63,835 nt of DNA from Gammaproteobacteria bacterium (GTDB taxonomy: Bacteria > Pseudomonadota > Gammaproteobacteria > JACCXJ01). The notes beneath the pieces are model-generated. The model searched no databases and was not told the origin of the DNA. It saw nothing but the letters and a program-made list of their open reading frames with translations. The first letter of the stretch is position 1. Each line of letters starts with the position of its first letter. This document shows positions 49,299 through 57,615 of the stretch, piece by piece. The stretch covers positions 1 through 63,835 of the forward strand of contig JBQTJM010000017.1 in NCBI GenBank assembly GCA_052387115.1, given 5' to 3'. Made by a program: the position numbers and the translations under genes.

Positions 49299-49916
49299 AT
49301 GTCATTAACTGCTACATCGAAAGTCACCGCCCTGGCGCTGTGCTGCGGGGTGCTGTCCGGCTGCGCCACGACGGACGGCAACCAGCAACTCCTCGGCGCT
49401 GGGATCGGCACGGCCCTCGGCTGCGGGATCGGATATGCGATCGGGGGGGACGTTGGCTGCGCGGTCGGAGGCGCGCTGGGTGCCGCGGCCGGCTGGGGAG
49501 TCGTGGCACAGTATCAGGCGACGCAAGTGCGCTCGGCGGCTCAAGACCAGCAACTGTATGGCGTGACGGAGCCAGTAACCACTACCCAAGTGCAGATCCG
49601 CAAGGCGACTGCAGATCCGGCAAGCATAAAACGCGGGGGCACAGTACAGGTCACAACGGATTACTCGCTGATGCTGCCTCGCTCGATGAAAGCCCAAGGC
49701 ACGGATGTACAGGAGAGCTGGGTGCTGAAGAAAGACGGGAAAGTCCTTTTGAATGTGGCGCCCAAGAATAATCACCACCCCGAAGGGGGTTGGAATGGGG
49801 TACAAGACTTCCCTGTTCCCGGTAATGCCGAGCCTGGTACCTATGTCGTTGAAAGTAAGGTGCAAGTTGGGACTAGCTACGACACGGTCGAATCGGCCTT
49901 CGTTGTTGAATCATAG
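49299..49916 (+). CDS. Lipoprotein with a glycine-zipper segment and a ~108-aa C-terminal domain shared with the 50970-53045 protein.
   Basis: Lipobox ALALCCGVLSGC. Glycine zipper GAGIGTALGCGIGYAIGGDVGCAVGGALGAAAGWG. The C-terminal domain is at nt 49587-49913. Confidence 0.8.
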   Translation: MSLTATSKVTALALCCGVLSGCATTDGNQQLLGAGIGTALGCGIGYAIGGDVGCAVGGALGAAAGWGVVAQYQATQVRSAAQDQQLYGVTEPVTTTQVQIRKATADPASIKRGGTVQVTTDYSLMLPRSMKAQGTDVQESWVLKKDGKVLLNVAPKNNHHPEGGWNGVQDFPVPGNAEPGTYVVESKVQVGTSYDTVESAFVVES

Positions 49917-49928
49917 GCCAGCAGGAAC

Positions 49929-49972
49929 GGCTACGGGGATTCCTGATTGCGGCTACGGGGATTCCTGATTGC
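49929..49972 (+). repeat. Perfect 22-bp tandem duplication spanning the predicted start of the M48 peptidase gene.
   Basis: ggctacggggattcctgattgc occurs twice, at 49929-49950 and 49951-49972. Confidence 0.95.
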
Positions 49973-50696
49973 GGCCTCCTTGTGGCTCGCGGTCTCGGCA
50001 ATTGCCGAGACCGCGGGTTTTTGCGAGGGCGAGCGCGAACGGGCCCGGACGAACGCGGAGCGCATCGAGCGGGAATGGCCGCTTAGAGGGAGCGGCGAGG
50101 GGATCTCGCGTTATACGCAGTCGCTCGTGGAGCGTCTTGCATCGCAGCCCCGGCGTCACCATATCGCGTGGCGAGTCGCCGTGGTCAGAAATCGCGCCCC
50201 CAATGCCTTCGCAGCGGGTGGGGGCTATCTCTATCTTACAGACGGTGCGTTGGCATTCTCCCAGACCGAGTCGGAGCTGGCCGCCATCCTGGCCCACGAG
50301 ATGGGACATCAGATCTCCGGCCATTTCTGCCCGCGAGAGAGGCCGGGTTTTTTCCGTTGGCTGTTCGGGCGCTCGGACGATACCGCGGAGACGTCTAGGC
50401 ACGACGTGCGTGAGAAAGACCTGGGCTCGGTGTCGGTGGTCATCGATCCGGTGAAGGAACAGGAGGCGGACCGGCAGGCCGTAACGATCTTGCGGGAGGC
50501 CGGCTATGACCCGCACGCCATGCTCGATGTCGCGAAGCGCCTCCCGTCCGGCGGCCGCCCTTCTCACCTTCAGGACCCGCGCCGCATTCGATCCCTGGAG
50601 GCATCGCTGGCTGCAATGCCGTCGATCCAGACCGCCGACTCGGAGCCTTTCCAGGAGGCAAAACGGGAGCTCGAGGCCGATCTGAAAAGTTGGTGA
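49947..50696 (+). CDS. M48-family zinc metalloprotease, periplasmic.
   Basis: Signal peptide FLIAASLWLAVSAIA. HExxH motif ILAHEMGHQISGH. The only in-frame start is the TTG at 49947, inside the first copy of the duplication. Confidence 0.8.
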   Translation: MRLRGFLIAASLWLAVSAIAETAGFCEGERERARTNAERIEREWPLRGSGEGISRYTQSLVERLASQPRRHHIAWRVAVVRNRAPNAFAAGGGYLYLTDGALAFSQTESELAAILAHEMGHQISGHFCPRERPGFFRWLFGRSDDTAETSRHDVREKDLGSVSVVIDPVKEQEADRQAVTILREAGYDPHAMLDVAKRLPSGGRPSHLQDPRRIRSLEASLAAMPSIQTADSEPFQEAKRELEADLKSW

Positions 50697-50969
50697 GGGC
50701 GCGCAATCGGGCCTATGATGCGGCAAATTGCTCGACGATCGCAGGGATCATCGAGTTAGCTGCCGGGTTAGGCATTGCAGATTCTATACGACGGTTTTTG
50801 CTTTGTTCCAGTTTGGTCTTACGCGAATCGTTCTAAACTATTCTAGATAGGAGTCGATAATTATGGATTTAAGGGAGGTCCACGCTCTATTTTCTAGCAA
50901 TGCTGGCCCGCGCATCCGACCGGTGGGACATCCGTAACGCTTGCAGGAACGATAAAGGAGGTAAACGTC

Positions 50970-53045
50970 ATGGCGCCAGTCATGCAGCATCTAATATCAT
51001 CGCTTCGTGTCGCACGGAACGTCGGCAAATACCTGGCTGGGGTGCTGTTTATCTATGTCGCCGGCTTCGCGCTATACGCTTGGTTCCAGTTCGACCTGGC
51101 GAAGTCGAAACTTCTCACGTACGGTGTCTCGTCGGCCACCGCTTCAATGGTCGCGACGGCGGTACTACTAGTAGCGGTCGCTCTTCCCGCGCTGGCGATC
51201 CCTCGTATCGTTATGAGACGTGGGAGGTTTATGGACTATCTGGCGGTATTTACTCTACCCCTCATTTCGTGGGGCGCGGGACAAATCCCAGCCAACTTCG
51301 ATGCGCGAACAGGGCAGGCCCTCCATTACTGCGCAGAAAGGCCCGATCGAACCCTGTACTGTCTCGATCACCCCGGGAGGGATCCTATGACGCAGCGGGA
51401 GCTTGTTCCTATAAATCAAAACATGGCTGAGACAGTGTATCGCAGGGAGCATGGAGTGATTCCGCAACCGATTACCCGTCCTCTGGCAGAGATAGTGTTC
51501 TTTGATCCAGTCTCCGGGCAGCCGAAGATTTGGGTGCAAAAGAACAAAGGCGATTGTTATGACCTATTCGATAACCCCGGGTCTCACCAACAAACCGGCG
51601 AGCGACTCATCCCCGTATCAAGAGATATCGTGCAGGTATTGAATCAATGCTACGCGGCAAATACACCACAAAAGTATTGCGCCACTCGCCCAGATGGAGA
51701 GCTGTTCTGTCAGGACGGGCCAGGTATCGACCCGATTACTCAGCAACGCCTTATACCGATGACGGAAAACCTCGCTGACGTCGAATATCGAAAGTCGCGG
51801 GGGCTGGTCCCACATAGAATCACGACTGCAGTCGCCAAGATAGAGTTCTTCGATTCGCTAACTGGCAAACCTCGGGTATGGTTCCTTCAGAACGAAAGTG
51901 GGTGTTACGAGATGTTCGATCACCCCGGTGTGCATCCACAGACGGGAGAGCAATTGAAGCCAGTTACAAAAGAGGTCGTTCGGGCGATCGTAGGGTGCTC
52001 CGCAGTCGTAGACAAGAAACCTTTAGGGTCCGAAATGCCGGGCACAGGAGGCGGATCGTATACGCTAGCTCCTACCTCAACCGCAGTTCGCCAACAGATA
52101 GGGACGACGAATCAGAATTCAGATATTCCTAGTATAAATGGGCTTGAATCGAAAGCAGAAGCGAATGATGGCGCATCGTACGTACGACAGATGATTTCTT
52201 ATGCGGCTGCCGGTGATCAACGAAGGGTCCAGGAAATAAGAGGGCTATTAGAACGGACACGGAAGGTACCACGAGGGAATCGACGGGGAGCACGGCAATT
52301 GAATGACGAAGGATTGGAAATGTTTCGAGTAGGTAACTATACCGAAGCGCTTCAATCGTTCCGGTTGGGGCACGAAACCGATCCGGGAGATATAGAGATA
52401 CACAACAACATGGGTTACGCACTGCTGATGGTCGCGGACCTTGCAGGAGCGGAAGCGGTGCTCATTGAGGTGCTGATGCTTGCTCCGGGGCGAGCCGCTG
52501 CCTGGGGCAATCTGGGACACGTGTATGCGAGGCAAGGCAAGCTACAGGAAGCCATAGCGTCATTTAGTAATGTATTGAGGTTCTCTTCGAACCCTGGGAA
52601 AGCATTGGCATTCTTTGCTAATGCGGCGGAAAGCGATCCGGACGCCAACGTCCGGGAGGCGGCTCGACGAGTGCGTGAGATGTCAAACAGCATTAGTGAA
52701 CCGTCGAAGGCACCGTATTTGCTGATCCGAAGAGCGACTGCTACGCCAAGCGCTGTCAAACCGGGTGACACCGTGCAGATCGATACGGACTATTCGCTGA
52801 TGATGGCGCCGGGAACGACGGCGCAGGGAGCGGACGTGCAGGAGAGCTTCACCCTGAAGAAGGACGGTAAGGTGCTCACCAACTCGGCGCCGAAGACGTT
52901 TCATCGTGCCTCCGGAGGATGGGTTGCGACTAAGAGGCTCCCCATCCCGCAGAATGCCGAACCCGGTACGTATATCATCGAAACCAAAGTCCAGGTCGGT
53001 TCCAGTTACGATACCGATGAGATCGTCTTCATCGTCGGCTCATAG
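50970..53045 (+). CDS. 691-aa membrane-anchored protein: 2-3 N-terminal TM helices, two ~110-aa four-cysteine repeats, TPR repeats, and the C-terminal domain shared with the lipoprotein.
   Basis: RBS aaggagg lies 7 nt upstream. The Cys repeats are at aa 120-234 and 236-346. TPR-like helices: NDEGLEMFRVGNYTEALQSFRLGHETDPGD... and AAWGNLGHVYARQGKLQEAIASF. The C-terminal 109 aa are about 60 percent identical by eye to the C-terminus of the 49299-49916 lipoprotein. GC content is visibly lower than in the flanks. Confidence 0.85.
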   Translation: MAPVMQHLISSLRVARNVGKYLAGVLFIYVAGFALYAWFQFDLAKSKLLTYGVSSATASMVATAVLLVAVALPALAIPRIVMRRGRFMDYLAVFTLPLISWGAGQIPANFDARTGQALHYCAERPDRTLYCLDHPGRDPMTQRELVPINQNMAETVYRREHGVIPQPITRPLAEIVFFDPVSGQPKIWVQKNKGDCYDLFDNPGSHQQTGERLIPVSRDIVQVLNQCYAANTPQKYCATRPDGELFCQDGPGIDPITQQRLIPMTENLADVEYRKSRGLVPHRITTAVAKIEFFDSLTGKPRVWFLQNESGCYEMFDHPGVHPQTGEQLKPVTKEVVRAIVGCSAVVDKKPLGSEMPGTGGGSYTLAPTSTAVRQQIGTTNQNSDIPSINGLESKAEANDGASYVRQMISYAAAGDQRRVQEIRGLLERTRKVPRGNRRGARQLNDEGLEMFRVGNYTEALQSFRLGHETDPGDIEIHNNMGYALLMVADLAGAEAVLIEVLMLAPGRAAAWGNLGHVYARQGKLQEAIASFSNVLRFSSNPGKALAFFANAAESDPDANVREAARRVREMSNSISEPSKAPYLLIRRATATPSAVKPGDTVQIDTDYSLMMAPGTTAQGADVQESFTLKKDGKVLTNSAPKTFHRASGGWVATKRLPIPQNAEPGTYIIETKVQVGSSYDTDEIVFIVGS

Positions 53046-53145
53046 GCCGTCACGGTAAGTAGCCGCCAGGTGCATCCGGCGAAGCGGGATCTGGCAGCCG
53101 AGCTCGGTGGGTGGTGAGAGGGTGCCGGATCGCGGCGGGCCTACC

Positions 53146-53462
53146 ATGACGTATCGGCCTTTTTTCTGATCGCCGTCGGCGCGCTCTTGGCGTATACCAA
53201 CCCCACTCTCGACAGCTACCAGCAATACCTCCGGCAATCCATCCTGAAAGGATCTAAGCAGCAGGAGAACCCGGTCGAACAGGCCCTCGGGGCCGTCCTG
53301 AGCGGCGTCGCGAGCGGCGTCATCGCCAGCCAGACCGTACGCACCGACTACGTGTTCTGGAGCACCTACGAGACCCCGCTTACCGACAGCGAGCGCTTGC
53401 GCGCGGTTGGGGTGCTCAAGAACTTCTTCATGATCGAGAACCCCGCCGTCAGGGGCGAGTGA
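53146..53462 (+). pseudogene. Small TM protein (DUF4359-like, named from memory) whose ATG is out of frame with the body by one base in a T6 tract.
   Basis: ATG 53146 gives MTYRPFF then a stop. The body (53187-53462) encodes AYTNPTLDSYQQYLRQSILK...YVFWSTYETPLTDSERLRAVGVLKNFFMIE. With seven T's at 53160-53165 the product would be MTYRPFFLIAVGALLAYTNP..., matching the paralogue at 54004-54429. Confidence 0.6.
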
Positions 53463-53652
53463 CAGGCCTCTCCGGCAGATGACCGGGCCGGCCTCTTGCG
53501 ATCCCGCTGTTCCGGTATTGGGCTAAAGTGCCGGGGCGGGGCGTCCCACTCATGTGGTATAAACGCGGGCATACGGGGCTTTTCTGCTTATGCTCACGGG
53601 TTTCAGAGACTGTCTCGCGGAGGGCCCGCGCATCCGCGTAGGGCCGCGATGA

Positions 53653-53790
53653 CCACGACAGTATCTACTTCGGGTTTTCTCGCGCCGCCCGCAATCCATC
53701 GACGATGCGATCCAGTGCTCCCTGGCCAAAACGCCGGCCGAGCGCTTCCAGAGCGCCACTGAGTTTATCCGCGCACTGGCGCCTTCGCTG
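53653..53790 (+). pseudogene. Remnant of the C-terminal lobe of a Ser/Thr kinase, in the same open frame as the downstream DUF4359-like gene.
   Basis: SIDDAIQCSLAKTPAERFQSATEFIRAL is the typical end of a Hanks kinase domain. No N-lobe or catalytic loop lies upstream; a TGA at 53650 opens the frame. Confidence 0.55.
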
Positions 53791-54003
53791 CGCGGCCATG
53801 CGAGCGAATCTCGTGCAGGTGACCGCCGTAGCACAGCGCGCGTTGCACATGACAGTTTGGATAGTCCTCTAGGCGCGGAGCTGCTCCCAACCTTCGTTCC
53901 CGTGGGCGAGCAGGCAGCGATCGCTCCATCAGGTATCGCCGCGCTCCCCGACGCAGGAGAACAGGAACCGCATTCCCCAAAGCGGGGCGTAAAACCTCGG
54001 CCC

Positions 54004-54429
54004 ATGGAGGCGAAGCGACCAATGCCTATGGCGAATATCGACAAGCCAGGGATTGCAGAATGGCTACGCGCACTCGGCGGGCTGGATCGAGACCGGCTCC
54101 CCGTGAAATCGATAGTATCGACCCTCGTCGCGGTTGCGGTCGGCGCGCTTTTAGCCTTTACCAACCCGACCCTGGACAGTTATCAGCAATACCTCCGGCT
54201 ATCCCTCCTCAAAGAAACCAAGGGGCTAGAGAACCCGCTCGAACAGGTCCTGGGCAGCGTCCTCGGCGGCGTTGCCAGCGGGCTCATCGCCGGTCATACG
54301 GTGCGCGAGGATTATGTATTTTGGAGCACCTACGAGACCCGGTTCACCGACATGGAGCGCCTCCGGGCGATCGGCGTCCTCAAGAACTTTATCGTCATCG
54401 AAAATCCCGCCACGCCAAGCGGCGAGTGA
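54004..54429 (+). CDS. Small TM protein, paralogue of 53146-53462 (DUF4359-like).
   Basis: IVSTLVAVAVGALLAFTNPTLDSYQQYLRLSLLKE...YVFWSTYETRFTDMERLRAIGVLKNFIVIE. Start uncertain: the frame is open from 53653 and the first ATG is at 54004. Confidence 0.65.
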   Translation: MEAKRPMPMANIDKPGIAEWLRALGGLDRDRLPVKSIVSTLVAVAVGALLAFTNPTLDSYQQYLRLSLLKETKGLENPLEQVLGSVLGGVASGLIAGHTVREDYVFWSTYETRFTDMERLRAIGVLKNFIVIENPATPSGE

Positions 54430-54869
54430 TACGCCGCTCACCCTGAGCGTTTCGTGGCCGCCGCCGAGAGTGACCTGGCCCGCGTGCGGTCTCGATCGAC
54501 CCGGTCTAACCCGACCCTCCGCCGCCTACCGTGGCGCAGCTCTTTGCCTCGGTCGGCGGTAATCTAGGGACGGCTATCATGAAGGCAACCGCAACTTGAT
54601 GCGCAAGCTGCCGTCCTCTCAAACCTGCCCATTTCTACATTGCGAGACGACACTGAATATCGTACCCTTATCCGCTTTTAGGGCATTACCTTTTGATCAA
54701 TGCCGAGGCAGCGGGGGCCGTGTGCGCCGCGCTACTCAGCGATCCCGAAGCCCTGGGTACGTTTATGGGCAAGCTAAAGGGGTGATTTCGCCATGGTGGC
54801 GCAGTTCCACGCCTTCCTACTCGCGACCACGATCCTCGCGCCGCCCCTGCGCGATGGCGGGGCCTGATC

Positions 54870-56495
54870 ATGACGGCTGCCCTGGCTGCCGAGTCCTACA
54901 CCTGTCCGAGGTGTGGCGAGCGCTCGACCAAGGGGGAGATCTCGGGGAAGGGCTTCCACTGCCCGCGTTGCACCTTGGAGCTGGCACACCTGGAAGTTGC
55001 GCCCAACGGCACGGTGCGCCAGGTGCTCGGCTGGCTGCTCGCCCCAGGAGAGCTGTTACAGGGACGCTACCGCGTGTCGAGCGTGCTCGGCAAGGGAGGG
55101 TTCGCGGCGACCTATCTGGTCACGGACGAACGGCTCCAGGGCAAGCGCCGGGCGCTCAAGGAAGTACCCCGGGACCTCTACGACGAGCACGAGACCGGGC
55201 TCCTGGCGCGCCTGCGGCACCCGGCGATTCCCGACATCAGCGACCACTTCGAGATGGAGGGCATGGGGTACCTGGTGCTCGAGTTCGGCGGCACGCAGAG
55301 CCTGGAGGGCGAGCGCAAGGCGAGCGGCGGCACCATCGCGGTGGAGCGGCTCGTCCCTTGGATGCGACAGCTCTGCGAGGTCCTCGCCTACCTCCACGGC
55401 CAGGTGCCGCCCGTCGTGCACCGGGATCTCAAGCCCGAGAACATCCTGCTCGACGAAGACGACCGCATCATGCTGATCGACTTCGGGATCGCCAAGGAGT
55501 CGGCAGAGCTGGCGGTAACCCGCACGCTGGCGCGCTCCGTGAGCCATGGTTTCAGCCCGCCCGAGCAGGTACTGGGCACCGGGACGGACCAGCGCTCGGA
55601 CGTGTACGCGCTCGGGGCGACGATGTATGCGCTCCTCACCGGGACGGTGCCGCCGGCGGCGCACGAGCGGGTGGCGGGGAAGGAGATCACCGCGCCGCGG
55701 GCGCTGAACCCCGCGATCCCCGAGACGCTGGAGTCGGTGATCCTCCAAGCGCTCGATCTCAATCTCAAACTTCGCCCGCAGACGATCGCGAAGCTGAGCT
55801 GCATCTTCGCGCCGGGGACCCTCGACGCGCCCCCGCCCGCTCCAGGCCTCAGCACGCGCACGGTTCGGGTCGGGGAGCAGATGCCGCTCCCGGCGCCGGT
55901 CCGGGCCTCGATCCGGGTGAGGCAGGCGAGTGTCGCGCCTCCCGCAGCCGCGCGTCACGGTCGGCGTGTGCCCTCGATCGCAGCAGGGGGCCTCGTTGCC
56001 GTCGCGGCTGTCCTTGCGGCGTGGCGTCTTCTCGAGCCGTCCTCGCCAGCCACCGCACGCTCGGAATCCCCCGCCATCCCGGTGGCGGCTATCCCCGCGG
56101 CGCCGCTCGCCACCCCAACCGAGTCGCCGCCGACGCCACAGCCGGGGCTACCGCAGCCTCCTCGTGCGCAGGAATTGGGAGGGGCGGGTCCGATCATCGA
56201 CGAAGGGCTGCGCAAGAAAGAGCTGGCAAGGGTGGTGGCGACGACCCCGGAGCCGTCGCCGAGTCCCTCGCCATCCACCAGACCGGTTACGCCGGACCCG
56301 GTCCCGAAGGTGGCTCCGCCTCTTGATCTGACAGGCACGAACAAAGCGGTAAACCAGAAGCAGCCGCCCGTAGCCGTGGCGCCATCCCCGTCGCGATCAC
56401 CGAACCCGCCACCGGCCAAGACGCAGGCGACACGAGGCCCGGCAACGAAAGTCGCTCCCCCACTCGATCTGATCGACAAGGTGCATGACAGGTGA
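54870..56495 (+). CDS. Membrane Ser/Thr protein kinase with an N-terminal zinc ribbon and a proline-rich tail (kinase 2), paralogue of 46232-47968.
   Basis: Zinc ribbon CPRC...16 residues...CPRC. Kinase: GKGGFAATY, RALKEV, HRDLKPENILL, DFGIAKE, GFSPPEQ. TM: IAAGGLVAVAAVLAAW. The tail carries KVAPPLDL twice. Confidence 0.88.
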   Translation: MTAALAAESYTCPRCGERSTKGEISGKGFHCPRCTLELAHLEVAPNGTVRQVLGWLLAPGELLQGRYRVSSVLGKGGFAATYLVTDERLQGKRRALKEVPRDLYDEHETGLLARLRHPAIPDISDHFEMEGMGYLVLEFGGTQSLEGERKASGGTIAVERLVPWMRQLCEVLAYLHGQVPPVVHRDLKPENILLDEDDRIMLIDFGIAKESAELAVTRTLARSVSHGFSPPEQVLGTGTDQRSDVYALGATMYALLTGTVPPAAHERVAGKEITAPRALNPAIPETLESVILQALDLNLKLRPQTIAKLSCIFAPGTLDAPPPAPGLSTRTVRVGEQMPLPAPVRASIRVRQASVAPPAAARHGRRVPSIAAGGLVAVAAVLAAWRLLEPSSPATARSESPAIPVAAIPAAPLATPTESPPTPQPGLPQPPRAQELGGAGPIIDEGLRKKELARVVATTPEPSPSPSPSTRPVTPDPVPKVAPPLDLTGTNKAVNQKQPPVAVAPSPSRSPNPPPAKTQATRGPATKVAPPLDLIDKVHDR

Positions 56496-56499
56496 CGCC

Positions 56500-57150
56500 A
56501 TGAATCATCGAATCTCCCGAACCCTCGCAACAACTTTGCTGGCATTCGCCGCTCTCGCACTCTTCTCGGGCTGCGCGCGCCGCATGGCCATGGGTCACCC
56601 CAGTCAGTCGGCCCAGGAGAAGATGAATGAAACTAATGAAGCTGCTATTGCGAGGGGCACGAAGGCGATCGAGGCGAACCCAAACGATCATGAGGCATAG
56701 TAGGCGTGGAATCGCGTTTCCTCCTGGGGCAATGCTATCAGCAACTCGGCAAGTGGGCGCGAAGCAAAAGGGGCATACGAGGAGCTCGTCGCGGCGAACC
56801 CGTACGAGAAAGAAGCGTTCGCCAACCTCGGCCTCGTCAAGACGAAGCTCGGAGATTCGGAAGGCGCCGTGGCGGGCTTCTCCAAAGCGCTCGAAGTGGA
56901 TCCCAAGTTCCTGGACGCACGCAGGAACCGCGGCACGGTGTACCTCGGCCAGAAGCGTTACGACAGCGCGATCGAGGACTTCTCCGCCGTCCTCGCCGAG
57001 GATGGCAGTGACGCGGGGACCCTGTACAAGCGCGCCTACGCGTACTGCACGAACGGCAATCCGAAGCTCGGCACTAAAGACTTGCTGGATGTTCTGCGCA
57101 TAGAGCCGAAAAATGATGAGGCAAAAGCGCTCCTGCGGGAATGCACTTAG
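56500..57150 (+). pseudogene. TPR-repeat lipoprotein gene interrupted by a tandem TAG TAG and two compensating frameshifts.
   Basis: Lipobox LALFSGC and ...AIEANPNDHEA in frame 1, with stops at 56698-56703. ESRFLLGQCYQQLGKW follows in another frame (56706 to about 56757). Then EAKGAYEELVAANPYEKEAFANLGLVKTKLGDSEGAVAGFSKALEVDP... returns to frame 1 and runs to 57150. Confidence 0.55.
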
Positions 57151-57279
57151 TGCCGACGGCTCGCTTCAGGAACGAAACCCAGCGATTGAAGTGGATGTGC
57201 TGGGATTGGCTCCGCTTATCCCGGCCTACCGAACGGGTGTAGCGCTGTTTCTGCCGAGTGCGATTTCGAACGTAGGGGC

Positions 57280-57613
57280 ATGAAACTGCCGAACGCTGAC
57301 AACGCCGTAATACCGACAGAGAAGTTGCGGGGCTATTTGTTGTCATCCTCACATCCGGTGGGCAGATTCAAGGGCGTCTTCTTTCGCGCGCTTGGGTACA
57401 CAGACGCTGATTTGGGAGCGGTTGGAAGCCGATATTCGATCGATTCTCACCAATGATGCGACGGTGAGAGAACAAACGGAGTATGGTCAGAAGCTCGAGG
57501 TCAGAGGCAGCATAACGGGTCCAGCCGAGCGGAATGCTGAGATCGTGACGGCCTGGATCATACTGAAAGGCGAGAGCGTCCCGCGGTTCATTACGGCCTA
57601 TCCGGGAGATTAA
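57280..57613 (+). pseudogene. DUF6883-family protein (putative toxin of a DUF6883/DUF4926 pair) with a +1 frameshift.
   Basis: MKLPNADNAVIPTEKLRGYLLSSSHPVGRFKGVFFRALGYTDAD, then a shift at the TTT at 57411-57413, then WERLEADIRSILTNDATVREQTEYGQKLEVRGSITGPAERNAEIVTAWIILKGESVPRFITAYPGD. Confidence 0.65.
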
Positions 57614-57615
57614 AG

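Noticed and set aside
54793-54867. A 24-codon ORF (MVAQFHAFLLATTILAPPLRDGGA) ending 2 nt before the kinase-2 start; possible leader peptide.
   Set aside because: It has no RBS and no analogous ORF in front of kinase 1, and in GC-rich DNA it could easily arise by chance. It is recorded only as something ribosome profiling could test.
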